Origin: an uncultured Acidobacteriaceae bacterium
GTDB lineage: Bacteria > Acidobacteriota > Terriglobia > Terriglobales > Acidobacteriaceae
DNA: 64,000 nucleotides
Direction: 5' to 3'
Assembly: GCA_963698865.1 (NCBI GenBank)
Contig: CAVOSL010000002.1
Span: 166,514-230,513, forward strand
Positions 19,342-28,945 of the stretch are shown here, in pieces (position 1 is the first letter of the stretch; every line of letters starts with the position of its first letter). The notes below the pieces were generated by a model that was not told the origin of the DNA, made no database searches, and saw only the letters and a list, made by a program, of their open reading frames with translations. A program made the position numbers and the translations under genes.

Positions 19342-20142
19342 CTACGCCACACGCGCGGAACGCCGGTTCCACGCGCTCGCGATCCCAGCCGCCAGCATGA
19401 TCTTGATCACTTCCGCGAAGACAAACCAATACAGGCCCCAGCGGACCGTCTGCGAGAGCGAATGCGTAAGCACAAACAGCCAGCCCAATCCTCCCGCAAA
19501 AAGCACGACCTCGCCCGCAAATCCCGCCAGCGCAGCCCACGCAAAACGACGCGAAGTGCGCTCATAGATCCAGCCTGCAACAAACGCTACAAACGGATAC
19601 GCCATCAAAAAGCCACCAGTTGCACCCATCAACTGCAGAATCCCGCCCGGTCCTGCAGGATTGAATACCGGTAAGCCCGCCGCGCCTTCCGCCAGGTACA
19701 GCGCCAAGGCCGCAAAGCCGCGCCGCGAACCGAGCGCCAGCGCAACTGCCAGCACTCCAAAGTTCTGCAGAGTCAGCGGCACGGGGTAAATGCCCGGCAG
19801 AGGCACCGTCACACGTGCGCACAACGCGACGAACAGACTCGCCCCGATCACGATCCCCGCTTGCTTCGCCCATTCCAGCGAATGCGATTGGGAAGGCAAA
19901 ACCTCGGCGCGAATCACGCGCCCCCAACGGCTCAGCAGTAACTCTTCGCATGATGTTCCTTTCGACGCAGCGGAATCAGGCTTCCGGCGGCAGAGTCTTG
20001 GCCCTCGCCGCGCCCGTTCGGCTCCGCTTTCAGCGCCGCCGAAGCCCATCTGCTTCCGCACACGCACGTACAGCGAAACCGCCACCGACACGACCAGCAC
20101 CAGACTGACTCCCAGAATCAAGAACCACCAGAGCATCCGCAC
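19342..20142 (-). CDS. bioY: biotin transporter BioY family (start uncertain)
   Basis: VTVPLPGIYPVPLTLQNFGVLAVALALG and GATGGFLMAYPFVAFVAGW blocks. The N-terminal ~80 aa are atypical. Alternative ATG starts at 20136 and 20049. Confidence 0.7.
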   Translation of the reverse strand: MRMLWWFLILGVSLVLVVSVAVSLYVRVRKQMGFGGAESGAERARRGPRLCRRKPDSAASKGTSCEELLLSRWGRVIRAEVLPSQSHSLEWAKQAGIVIGASLFVALCARVTVPLPGIYPVPLTLQNFGVLAVALALGSRRGFAALALYLAEGAAGLPVFNPAGPGGILQLMGATGGFLMAYPFVAFVAGWIYERTSRRFAWAALAGFAGEVVLFAGGLGWLFVLTHSLSQTVRWGLYWFVFAEVIKIMLAAGIASAWNRRSARVA

Positions 20143-20197
20143 AACCCGTTAGGATAGCAGACGCGCGGCGACGAGCGTCTGTGATGTGTAACCACTC

Positions 20198-20657
20198 CTA
20201 CTTCTTCGCCTTCGCCAGCGCGGCCCGCCGCTTCTCGACGTTGGCAGAGACACGCGCCAGCCGCTTGCGCGCCAGTTTCGAGCCGGTCGCCACCTTCTCG
20301 ATGTTTCCCCAAACATCGGGATTGTCCATCTTCTGGCGAATCTCTTTCAGGAACGGATGGACCTTTGCGAAAAAGAAAAACATTTCGCCGCTGCAGCCCG
20401 GCTGTAGAAAGAGTTCCTCATGCAACGCGCCCTGGAGTACGAGCGAGGCCGCCATATCCCAATAGCCGCCAACCTGCCGAAGCCAGCTATTCTCCTGGCT
20501 CGGGAAACGCGTTGGCCACCTTGACGAAGTCCTCCGCGCTAAGCGGCCAGAAATCGACTAAAAACCAGTTCCGCGCCTTGCGCATTTCCGCTTCGCGGCG
20601 CAGATCGTAAAGTTGCAACATCAACTGCCCATCATGTGGAGTCGCTTTTTTCGCCAT
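20198..20657 (-). CDS. conserved hypothetical protein, frameshifted in this assembly near 20502-20504
   Basis: The ATG at 20657 gives MAKKATPHDGQLMLQLYDLRREAEMRKARNWFLVDFWPLSAEDFVKVANAF. One extra C in a CCC run (+ strand ggg 20502-20504) separates it from ...PSQENSWLRQVGGYWDMAASLVLQGAL..., which is ORF 20198..20455. Confidence 0.5.
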
Positions 20658-20727
20658 GTAATCACCCTCGTTTACTCAGAAGTCAGAATCAGAACTGTTA
20701 AAAGTGTTGCGCGCCGCCCCGCCCGCG

Positions 20728-20826
20728 GCTTTTCTCTGCGATCTCTGGGGATTTTCTCTGTGATCTCCGCGGTTAAAAGCTTTGAACCGCAGAGTTCGCT
20801 AAGAAAAGCCGCCGAGATCGCAGAGT
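20728..20826. repeat. CGCAGAG-word hairpin element (copy C, permuted relative to A/B)
   Basis: ctctgcgatctc pairs with gagatcgcagag, and ctccgcggttaaa with tttgaaccgcagag. Lies between the topA stop and the downstream gene. Confidence 0.65.
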
Positions 20827-20835
20827 GATTCCGTT

Positions 20836-23336
20836 TCAACCAGACTTCGCCGCATCCGCACCCGACCCGCCAGCGCTCTCCCGCTCGTAATCGCATTCCT
20901 TGTTCGGGCACGCGATCACCGTGCCGTCTTTGCGCATGCGCTCGACCAGATAATCATTTCCGCACTTCGGACATTTCTCCGCGATCGGCTTGGCGGCGGA
21001 CGTAAATTTGCACTTCGGATACTTCGAGCATCCATAAAACGTATTGCCCTTGCGCGCCCGCTTCTCCACCAGTTCGCCTTCACCGCACAGGGGGCACTTC
21101 ACGCCAATAAAATTCTGCTTCACAAACTTGCAATCCGGATAACCGCTGCACGAAGTGAACTCGCCATAGCGTCCATGCCGAATAATCAAGTTTCGCCCGC
21201 AGTCGGGACACTTTTCATCCAGCGGAATATCCGGCACGCGCTTGCCCTGATCGAGCCGCCGCGTCGTTTTGCAATCCGGATAACCCGTGCAGGCCATGAA
21301 CTGCCCAAACCGCCCCCGCTTCAGCACCATCACTCGGCCGCAATTCTCGCAGTACTCCTCCTGCGCCGTCTCCTGCATGTCGGCGGAATCGAGGTCCGGC
21401 AAATTGATCGGATTTTCCTTGGTGAACGTGCAGGAATTTGGATCCTCTTTATCGTAGGTGCTGCACGCGTAGAACGATCCGTGCTTGCCCCACTTAATGA
21501 CCAGCGGCGCTCCGCAACGCTCGCACTTCTCGTCCGTCGGCTTCTCCATACGCTTGATGTTTTCCATGTGCTTCTCGGCGTATCGGAGATCTTTGGCGAA
21601 TTTTTTGTAGAACTCACCGAGCGCGTCCGTCCACTTCTCTTTCCCTTCTTCAATCTCGTCGAGCTCTTCTTCCAGGCGCGCGGTGTACTGGAAATCGAAA
21701 ATATCCTTGAAGTTCTCGACCAGCAGATCGGTGACGACCAGGCCAATTTCGGTCGGCGTAAATTTGCCGCCTATTTTCTGCGCGTACTGCCGCTCCTGAA
21801 TCGTGCTCAGAATCGTCGCGTAGGTGGATGGCCGCCCAATACCCCGCTCCTCCAGCTCTTTAACCAGCGACGCCTCGTTGTACCGCGGAGGCGGCTCGGT
21901 AAAATGTTGCTCCGGTTTGAGCGATTTCAATGTCAGCTTCTGCCCCGCTTCCAGCGCCGGCAGCTTGTGCTTCAGCTCTTCATCTTCTTCGTCCTTCGAG
22001 TCCTTCGACTCTTCGTAAACCTTCAGGAAGCCGTCGAACTTCATCACCGAGCCAGTCACTCGAAACCAGAAGACTTCGTTCGCCGGACTTGGCATCGATA
22101 TCGACGGTCGTCTGATCGAAGACCGCCGGGTTCATCTGCGAAGCAACGAACCGCTGCCAGATCAACTTATAGACCTTGAACTCATCCTCCTGCAGATACT
22201 GCTTGACCTGGTCGGGATGCCGCGTCGCCAAGGTCGGACGAATCGCTTCGTGCGCCGCCTGCGCTTCTTTCTTTTCCTTATATGTATTGGGGGATTCGGG
22301 CAAATATTGCGGGCCGTATTCGCCGCCAATGTATTCGCGCACCTCGGCAATCGCCTCGGGCGCAACGCGCGTCGAGTCGGTACGCATGTAGGTAATCAGA
22401 CCGACCAGACCCTCGTCGCCGAGTTCGACGCCTTCATACAGCCTCTGCGCAATCATCATCGCCCGCTTCACGCTGAAGCGCAGTTTGCGCGATGCATCCT
22501 GCTGCAGCTTACTGGTCGTGAACGGCGGAGTCGCATTGCGCCGGCGCTCTTTCTTCTCCACCGAGCGAACGACCCAATCGGCCTTCTCCAGAGCGAGCCG
22601 GATTTTTTCCGCGTCCTCGCCGTTGGTGACCTCAACCTTCTCTTCGCCCTTACCAAGAAAGCGCGCGTCGAATGAGGGCGGCTTCTGCGCAGCGAGATGG
22701 GCGTCGATCGTCCAATATTCCTTCTTCTCAAACGCCTTGATCTCGCGCTCGCGATCGACAATCAACCGCAACGCGACGGTCTGTACGCGTCCGGCTGAAA
22801 GTCCACGCCGGACCTTGTCCCACAACAGCGGAGAGACCTGATATCCCACCAGCCGGTCGAGCACGCGCCGCGCTTGCTGCGCGTCCACCAGGTTCTGGTC
22901 AATATCGCGAGGATGTTCGAACGCTGCCTTCACCGCGCGCTGCGTGATCTCGTTAAATGTCACGCGCCGGATGCGCTGGTCATCCGCATCTTCTTCTTTT
23001 CTTAGCGGCTTTCCCCTTCTTCTTTTTCTTGCCGTCGTCGCTGAGTTCACCGGCCAAATGCGCAGCGATAGCTTCGCCTTCGCGATCCGGGTCAGGCGCC
23101 AGGTAAATCTTGTCGGCCGTGAGCGCCAGCTTCTTCAGCTTGGCCAGGACCTTCTCTTTGCCGGGAATGACGACATACTCGGTTTCGAATCCCTCATCGA
23201 CATCGACACCCAGGCTGCTTTTGGGCAGGTCTTTCACATGCCCGAACGAGGCATCGACCGTGAAGCCCTTCCCCAGATATTTCTGAATAGTTTTCGCCTT
23301 AGCCGGCGACTCGACAATGACTAGACCTTTGGACAA
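20836..23336 (-). CDS. topA: DNA topoisomerase I, split over three frames in this assembly
   Basis: TOPRIM N-terminus [21 protein letters not shown] (22980..23336). Core with YMRTDSTR (21980..23050). C-terminal C4 zinc fingers (20836..22095). Frame breaks lie at an A-run near 22997-23000 and near 22081-22088. Confidence 0.93.
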
Positions 23337-23410
23337 TGGTTCCTCTGTTTGGAGATGGTGAATTTGAAGCTAGCACGAAGCATGCGAATGCAACAACTCG
23401 CCGCGCCGTC

Positions 23411-23445
23411 CAGCTGCTAGCTACTAGCTTCTAGCTACTAGCAGG
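23411..23445. repeat. GCTAGNN heptamer arm (left arm of inverted pair)
   Basis: cagctgctagctactagcttctagctactagcagg. Shares tagctactagcttctagct (19 nt) with the reverse complement of 23864-23896. Confidence 0.75.
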
Positions 23446-23456
23446 CAGAGGCTCTT

Positions 23457-23840
23457 TCACCCGTTTCGCGGCCTCTCAAGCGTCACGACTGGCCGCACTG
23501 TCTGCACCAGGGAGGTCAGCATCCTTTGAACTTCGACGAGAAGTTTCTCTGTGCTCCGATGGTCGTCATGCGAAAGAAACTTCAGATCCCTTGCGAGCAA
23601 CAGATGATATTCCGTCTCGCTTGCCGAGCCACGTGCGATCTGTAGAAAGCGTGCAAATTCGCCATCCGAGTGCCGGCCGCATCCTTCGGCGATGTTCGCG
23701 CCGATCGAGGCAGTGGAGCGACGCAGCTGTGAAGTCAGTCCATACATTTCGTCTCGCGGAAATGTGCGCGTAACGCCGTAAATCGCGATAGTCAATTCAT
23801 GTGCCTTAACCCATACCTTCAATTCTTTGAAGTCCTTCAT
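23457..23840 (-). CDS. four-helix-bundle protein (23S rRNA intervening-sequence protein family, PF05635-like)
   Basis: MKDFKELKVWVKAHELTIAIYGVTRTFPRDEMYGLTSQLRRSTASIGANIAEGCGR...GSASETEYHLLLARDL are hallmark blocks of this family. Confidence 0.88.
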   Translation of the reverse strand: MKDFKELKVWVKAHELTIAIYGVTRTFPRDEMYGLTSQLRRSTASIGANIAEGCGRHSDGEFARFLQIARGSASETEYHLLLARDLKFLSHDDHRSTEKLLVEVQRMLTSLVQTVRPVVTLERPRNG

Positions 23841-23863
23841 GTTCTGTCCTCACAAGACTTTGG

Positions 23864-23896
23864 TTAGCTAGCAGCTAGAAGCTAGTAGCTAGAAGC
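23864..23896. repeat. GCTAGNN heptamer arm (right arm of inverted pair)
   Basis: ttagctagcagctagaagctagtagctagaagc. Overlaps the dprA stop codon (23889-23891). Confidence 0.75.
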
Positions 23897-25094
23897 TTTT
23901 TACAAAATTCTTCCCCGGCAACTGCCGCACCTTCCCGTTCAACTCCAGCTCAAAGAGCGCGGAAAAAATTTCCGAGGAGGACATTTCGTTTTCTAGCATT
24001 TCTACCAGTTCGTCGATGTGCGTCGACTGGTCCGGCTTCAGCAGCTTGAGGAGCTTCTGTTCGTGAGGCGATGGGACGTCATCCGGAAATAGAGATGCAT
24101 TTCCCGGCGCCGGAGATTCATTCGCGGTCAGGCGCAGCGCGTCCTGAACGTCCGTAGGTAGCTCTTCCCAAACGTCTTCCCACGTCGCCACCAGCTTCGC
24201 GCCCTGCTTGATCAGTGTGTTCGGTCCCCAGGAGTTTTTGTTCGTGACATTGCCCGGCACCGCATAAACATCGCGGTTCTGCTCGAGCGCGCATCGCGAG
24301 GTGATGCGGGTACCGCTGTATTCCGCGGCCTCCACCACCAGTACCCCCACCGACATGCCGCTGATGATGCGGTTGCGAATCGGAAAATTCTGCGGCTGTG
24401 GTGAGGTCCCCATCGGAAATTCGGAAATGATCGTCCCACCCAAAGAGAGAATCTGCTCGGCCAGCCGCGTGTTCTCTTTCGGATAAAAAACGTCTATCCC
24501 CGTGCCCAGCACCGCAATGGTCTTGCCTTTCGCCGCGATCGCGCCCCGATGCGAGGCCGTGTCAATTCCACGGGCCATTCCGCTGATGATGACCAACCCG
24601 CGCGCCGCAAGATCAGTCGCCAGCCGCTCCGCCATGCCGGTACCGTAGGGCGTGGGATGCCGCGTTCCGACCATCGCAATCCCCGGCTTCGACAGCAACT
24701 CCACGCTTCCCTTCACAAACAAAATCACCGGCGGATCGTAAATTTCCTTCAATCTCGGCGGATATTCCAGGCTGCTCAAGGAAATGATGGCCGTGCTCGC
24801 CTGCGTCGCGCGCGCCATTTCATCTTGCGCCAACTCCAGCGATTTACCCGTGGCGAGCGCTTGCGCAGACACCGCGCGCATGCCGGTCGCCTCCAGTTCC
24901 GTCAAGCTCGCCTGCAACACGCGCTCGGCGGTGCCGAAGTGCTCGATCAGTTTTCGAACGCGCGACGGCCCGAGTCCTTCCGTGAGCGCCAGCGCCAGCC
25001 AGCAGAGCGTCTCCCCGGAAGCTCGTTGAGGCAAAGTAGTAGAGGAAGTAGCTGGCGAAGCGGCCGTCGCAGTTGTGTCGTTTGGTGTTGGCAT
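23889..25094 (-). CDS. dprA: DNA-processing protein DprA
   Basis: GMARGIDTASHRGA, VLGTGIDVFYPKEN, AVPGNV blocks. ORF is open to 25166; the ATG at 25094 (MPTPND) leaves room for the divergent mqnA promoter. Confidence 0.88.
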   Translation of the reverse strand: MPTPNDTTATAASPATSSTTLPQRASGETLCWLALALTEGLGPSRVRKLIEHFGTAERVLQASLTELEATGMRAVSAQALATGKSLELAQDEMARATQASTAIISLSSLEYPPRLKEIYDPPVILFVKGSVELLSKPGIAMVGTRHPTPYGTGMAERLATDLAARGLVIISGMARGIDTASHRGAIAAKGKTIAVLGTGIDVFYPKENTRLAEQILSLGGTIISEFPMGTSPQPQNFPIRNRIISGMSVGVLVVEAAEYSGTRITSRCALEQNRDVYAVPGNVTNKNSWGPNTLIKQGAKLVATWEDVWEELPTDVQDALRLTANESPAPGNASLFPDDVPSPHEQKLLKLLKPDQSTHIDELVEMLENEMSSSEIFSALFELELNGKVRQLPGKNFVKSF

Positions 25095-25170
25095 CGAGCC
25101 GACGCTAGCCGCGATCCCTACGCCTGTCAATGATGGCGCACACATCACTTTTGGTAGAATTCGCAAAGTG

Positions 25171-26064
25171 ATGAGCCGATTAAGGATTTCCGCGATTTCT
25201 TATCTCAATACCGCTCCCCTTATGTGGGATTTTGAGCATGGGAATCCTGAGCCGGCCGCGCCCGCCATCGCTTCTTCCGCCCGCGCTAGCTCTCCGTTCG
25301 GCACCGCTGCCTCCATTGCCATCGAAGAAACCGCCGCCGATTTCGACATCTCCTACACCATCCCCTCCGCGTGCGCGCGTGCGCTCGCCGAGGGCACCGC
25401 CGACATCGGTATCATTCCCGCGGCCGCCTACGCAGCCACGCCCGATCTCGTCATCATCCCCGACATTGCGATCGCCGCGCGCAGTGCCGTGCGCTCGATC
25501 CTGCTCGTCAGCAAAATGCCTCTCGACCGCGTGCGCACGGTGGCGCTCGATACTTCTTCGCTGACCTCGGTCGCGCTCGCCAAAATTCTCTTCGCTAAAT
25601 GGCTTGGCGGAGCCCGCGCCTATTCCGACATGGCTCCCAATCTCGACGCCATGCTTGCCGCCTGCGATGCCGCCCTGCTCATCGGAGATCCTGCGCTTCA
25701 GGTCGATCGCGAGCGCTACATCACTCTCGACCTCGCGGAAGAGTGGAACGCCCGCACCGGCAAGTCATTTGTTTTTGCGTTTTGGGCGGTCCGGCGCCCG
25801 GCGCTCGCGGGACACGACCGTGCCGCCATTACCAGGGTCTTCAAGGATTCACGCGATCACGGCCTGATGCCGGAGCATCTCGAAACCGTCGCCCAGGAAT
25901 GGGCGCCACGTCTTGGTTTGACGCTGGAAGCAGTTCGAACCTATTTCGCGCGCAACATTCACTACTACCTCGATCCGCCCTGCCTCGAGGGCCTGTCGCT
26001 CTTCTATCAACTGGGCGCGGAGATCGGCGCGCTGCCCGCCGCACGGGAGTTGGAGTTTCTTTAA
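25171..26064 (+). CDS. mqnA: chorismate dehydratase MqnA (futalosine pathway)
   Basis: MSRLRISAISYLNTAPLMWDFEHG N-terminus, ADIGIIPAAAY, ALLIGDPAL. Confidence 0.8.
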   Translation: MSRLRISAISYLNTAPLMWDFEHGNPEPAAPAIASSARASSPFGTAASIAIEETAADFDISYTIPSACARALAEGTADIGIIPAAAYAATPDLVIIPDIAIAARSAVRSILLVSKMPLDRVRTVALDTSSLTSVALAKILFAKWLGGARAYSDMAPNLDAMLAACDAALLIGDPALQVDRERYITLDLAEEWNARTGKSFVFAFWAVRRPALAGHDRAAITRVFKDSRDHGLMPEHLETVAQEWAPRLGLTLEAVRTYFARNIHYYLDPPCLEGLSLFYQLGAEIGALPAARELEFL

Positions 26065-26074
26065 AGCCGACTAC

Positions 26075-28045
26075 TCATCTCTCCAACACCTGCACCGCCA
26101 CACCTGAAGCCTGCCCCCGCGCGTGATACACGCGCTCCGTCGCCTTCACAAAATCCGACGCCTTTGCGTCCGGAATATTCACGAACGTCTGCGGGTTCCG
26201 ATCCGTCAGCGGAAACCACGAGCTCTGAACCTGCACCATAATGCGGTGGCCACGTCGAAAAGTATGGTTTATATCCGGCATATTGAAATCCACTTCCTCG
26301 ACTTTGCCCGGAGTAAACGGTTCCGGCTTTTCGAAGCTATGGCGAAATTTTCCCCGGAAGGGCTCTCCCCGCACCAGTTGCTGATAGCCTCCCATGGTGA
26401 AGCTGTTAGGCCCGACGTCGGTTCGAGCCCTGTGATCACCGGCGTCCCCTGCGTCTTTCGTCTCCGGATAATCCGTTGGATACACATCGATGAGCTTCAC
26501 GTCAAAATCGGAATCGGTGCCGGACGTCGAAACAAATAGCCGCGGCGAAACCGGTCCCGCGATGGTCACGTCCTCCTGAAGCGCTGGAGTCTCGTAGACC
26601 AAAACGTCCGTGCGGCTATCGGCAAAGCGCTGGTCGGAGACCATGTATTCCTGTGGCACATCGAGCGCCGGATAGTTCACAAAGGGCACCGGCTTTGCGG
26701 GATCGCTCACATACTCGTCGAATGCCGTGGACTCCGCACCGGGCCCGTCAAACGAGAGCCCGCCATCGGCGTGGAAGTAAAGAGTTTTCTGGTGAGCATT
26801 GGCCGGCGGCCAACTCGCATACTGCCGCCACACATTCGTCCCCGTCTCGAAGACATAAGCCTTGGGCAGCTTTGCGTCGCCACTGCCTTTCAGGTACTGC
26901 TCGAAAAACGGAAAGACAATATTCTTTCGGTAGTAGTCGCCCGTATTCGAGAAAAATTCCGCATGCCCCAGGCGCTCTCCATCCAAGCGCGCCCAGCCGC
27001 CATGCACCCACGGACCCATCACCAGCGTGTTGACGATCGACGGATCATTCTTCTCGATCGCGCGAAACTCGCTCAGCGGGCCTTGCAAGTCCTCTGCGTC
27101 AAACCATCCGCCTACCGTGAGCACGGCGCAGTGGATGTTGCTGAAGCGTGGCGCCAGGTTGCGCACCTTCCAGTAATCGTCATATGTGTCGTGCCTGATC
27201 TGGTCGTCCCACAGCGAAGTATTGCCGTTGAGATACGTTCGCAAGTTCGCGAGCGGACCTGCCCTCAAGAAAAAGTCGTAGCTGTCCTTGGTGCCGTAAT
27301 CGAACTCGACATAATTCTTGGATGGAAGCGCAGGATTTTTCTGCGGCACAAATTGACTGTAAAAATCGAAGTTGGCCGACAGCATGAACGCTCCGCCATG
27401 GTAGGCATCGTCGCCCATAAAAAGGTCGACCATCGGAGCCTGCGGCGAGGCTGCCTTGAGCGCCGGATGCGTGTCAATCATGCTCGCCGCCGCGTAGAAC
27501 CCGGAATAGGAAATCCCCCAAATCCCGGCGTTGCCGTTGTTGTTGGGGATATTCTTCAGCAGCCAGTCGATAGTGTCATAGAGGTCAGTTGAGTCGTCCA
27601 CATCCTGGTTCGACTTCTTGCCGTCGATGTGTGGGTTTTCTTCAACAAACGTTCCCTCCGACATGTAGCGGCCACGCACATCCTGAAAAACAAAAATGTA
27701 TCCCGACTTGTCAAAATCCGGCGATGGTCCCAGCTGCTTGCGATACTGGTCTACACCGTAAGGACCGACGCTATAAGGTGTACGCACGATCAGGAAGGGA
27801 TAAGTCCGCGAACTGTCCTTCGGCACATAGACGGAGGTGAAAAGATGCACGCCATCACGCATCGCGATCCTGTATTCATACTTCGTGTAGTGCTCTTTAA
27901 CGTCGTAGTCCTGTTTCTCGGCCTTGCTCTGCCCGAAAAGAAAAACGGGCACCAGGAGCGCGAAAAAAAACGCAGCCACAAACCCGGATCGTCGATCCAC
28001 CATTTCCTCCTTGGATGCACACCCCACGCGAGAATGCTTAAGCAA
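26075..28045 (-). CDS. CocE/NonD-family hydrolase (S15 X-Pro dipeptidyl-peptidase-like), secreted
   Basis: GIWGISYSGFYA nucleophile elbow (GxSYxG), N-terminal signal/TM FVAAFFFALLVPVFLFG. The start may be the ATG at 28003. Confidence 0.8.
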   Translation of the reverse strand: MLKHSRVGCASKEEMVDRRSGFVAAFFFALLVPVFLFGQSKAEKQDYDVKEHYTKYEYRIAMRDGVHLFTSVYVPKDSSRTYPFLIVRTPYSVGPYGVDQYRKQLGPSPDFDKSGYIFVFQDVRGRYMSEGTFVEENPHIDGKKSNQDVDDSTDLYDTIDWLLKNIPNNNGNAGIWGISYSGFYAAASMIDTHPALKAASPQAPMVDLFMGDDAYHGGAFMLSANFDFYSQFVPQKNPALPSKNYVEFDYGTKDSYDFFLRAGPLANLRTYLNGNTSLWDDQIRHDTYDDYWKVRNLAPRFSNIHCAVLTVGGWFDAEDLQGPLSEFRAIEKNDPSIVNTLVMGPWVHGGWARLDGERLGHAEFFSNTGDYYRKNIVFPFFEQYLKGSGDAKLPKAYVFETGTNVWRQYASWPPANAHQKTLYFHADGGLSFDGPGAESTAFDEYVSDPAKPVPFVNYPALDVPQEYMVSDQRFADSRTDVLVYETPALQEDVTIAGPVSPRLFVSTSGTDSDFDVKLIDVYPTDYPETKDAGDAGDHRARTDVGPNSFTMGGYQQLVRGEPFRGKFRHSFEKPEPFTPGKVEEVDFNMPDINHTFRRGHRIMVQVQSSWFPLTDRNPQTFVNIPDAKASDFVKATERVYHARGQASGVAVQVLER

Positions 28046-28204
28046 CGTACAAGCGGATCAAAGCAGAGTCAAGCGACCGTAGCGCCGGCAGTTGTGGCGG
28101 CGCCTCGCCGCACCCTGCGCGCCCGCCCACCGCCAAGCACTCTCCCATTACACAGGATTACAATTGCGTTGCATCTGCCCACCCAGATTCTGCCTCTAAT
28201 CAAC

Positions 28205-28894
28205 ATGACGCGTCTGCCCGCGATCGTCGCCGTGTTCGCCGCGAAAGCCGCCAAAACCCGGTCGGGGGGCATGCTCCGGTGGTTGATCCATCTCGGCGGA
28301 CCGAGCCTGATTCTCCTGGGTCTGATCGACAATTCCGTGATCCCGCTGCCGGGAAGCACCGATATAGTGACGATTTTGCTGGCCGCTCACCGTCGCGAAC
28401 CCTGGATCTACTACGCCATCATGGCGACGGCAGGCTCGGTATTGGGCGGCTATCTTACCTACCGCATGGCTCGCAAGGGCGGGAAAGAAACGCTGGAAAA
28501 GCGCTTCTCGCAGAAGAAAGTAAATAAGGTATACGCAATTTTTGAACGCTGGGGATTCGCATCTGTGGCGATCCCTGCCCTCCTGCCGCCGCCATTTCCG
28601 ATCGTGCCCATGCTGCTGGCCGCGGGTGCCATGCAATATCCCACCAGAAAATTCCTAACCGCTTTGACCGTGGGCCGCGGCCTTCGCTACATCATTCTTG
28701 CTTATCTCGGCTACCAATACGGACGGCACATCGTGAAGTTTTTCGATCAGTATTACTGGCCGGTGCTAATCGTCCTGATCGCTTTTTCAGTGCTGGGCGG
28801 GTTGTATGGCCTTTACGAATACAAGCGCCGGCAAAAGCCAGGCAGGTCCGATGTCTCCAGCTCAAACACGCGGGTGCGCGCCCGGGTAGCGTGA
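28205..28894 (+). CDS. DedA/YqaA-type (SNARE-associated) membrane protein
   Basis: ATG at 28205 (MTRLPAIV...). LGLIDNSVIPLPGSTDIV and GFASVAIPALLPPPFPIVP blocks. The longer ORF from 27629 is antisense to the peptidase gene. Confidence 0.7.
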   Translation: MTRLPAIVAVFAAKAAKTRSGGMLRWLIHLGGPSLILLGLIDNSVIPLPGSTDIVTILLAAHRREPWIYYAIMATAGSVLGGYLTYRMARKGGKETLEKRFSQKKVNKVYAIFERWGFASVAIPALLPPPFPIVPMLLAAGAMQYPTRKFLTALTVGRGLRYIILAYLGYQYGRHIVKFFDQYYWPVLIVLIAFSVLGGLYGLYEYKRRQKPGRSDVSSSNTRVRARVA

Positions 28895-28945
28895 AAAACT
28901 CGCCTCGAGCGGCCTTCCCTCGCTAAAATAGGGCGTGGGGTAATA

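Noticed and set aside
27629-28204. N-terminal 190 codons of ORF 27629-28894.
   Set aside because: This part is antisense to the CocE/NonD peptidase gene and lacks membrane-protein character. The DedA/YqaA homology starts at the ATG at 28205.
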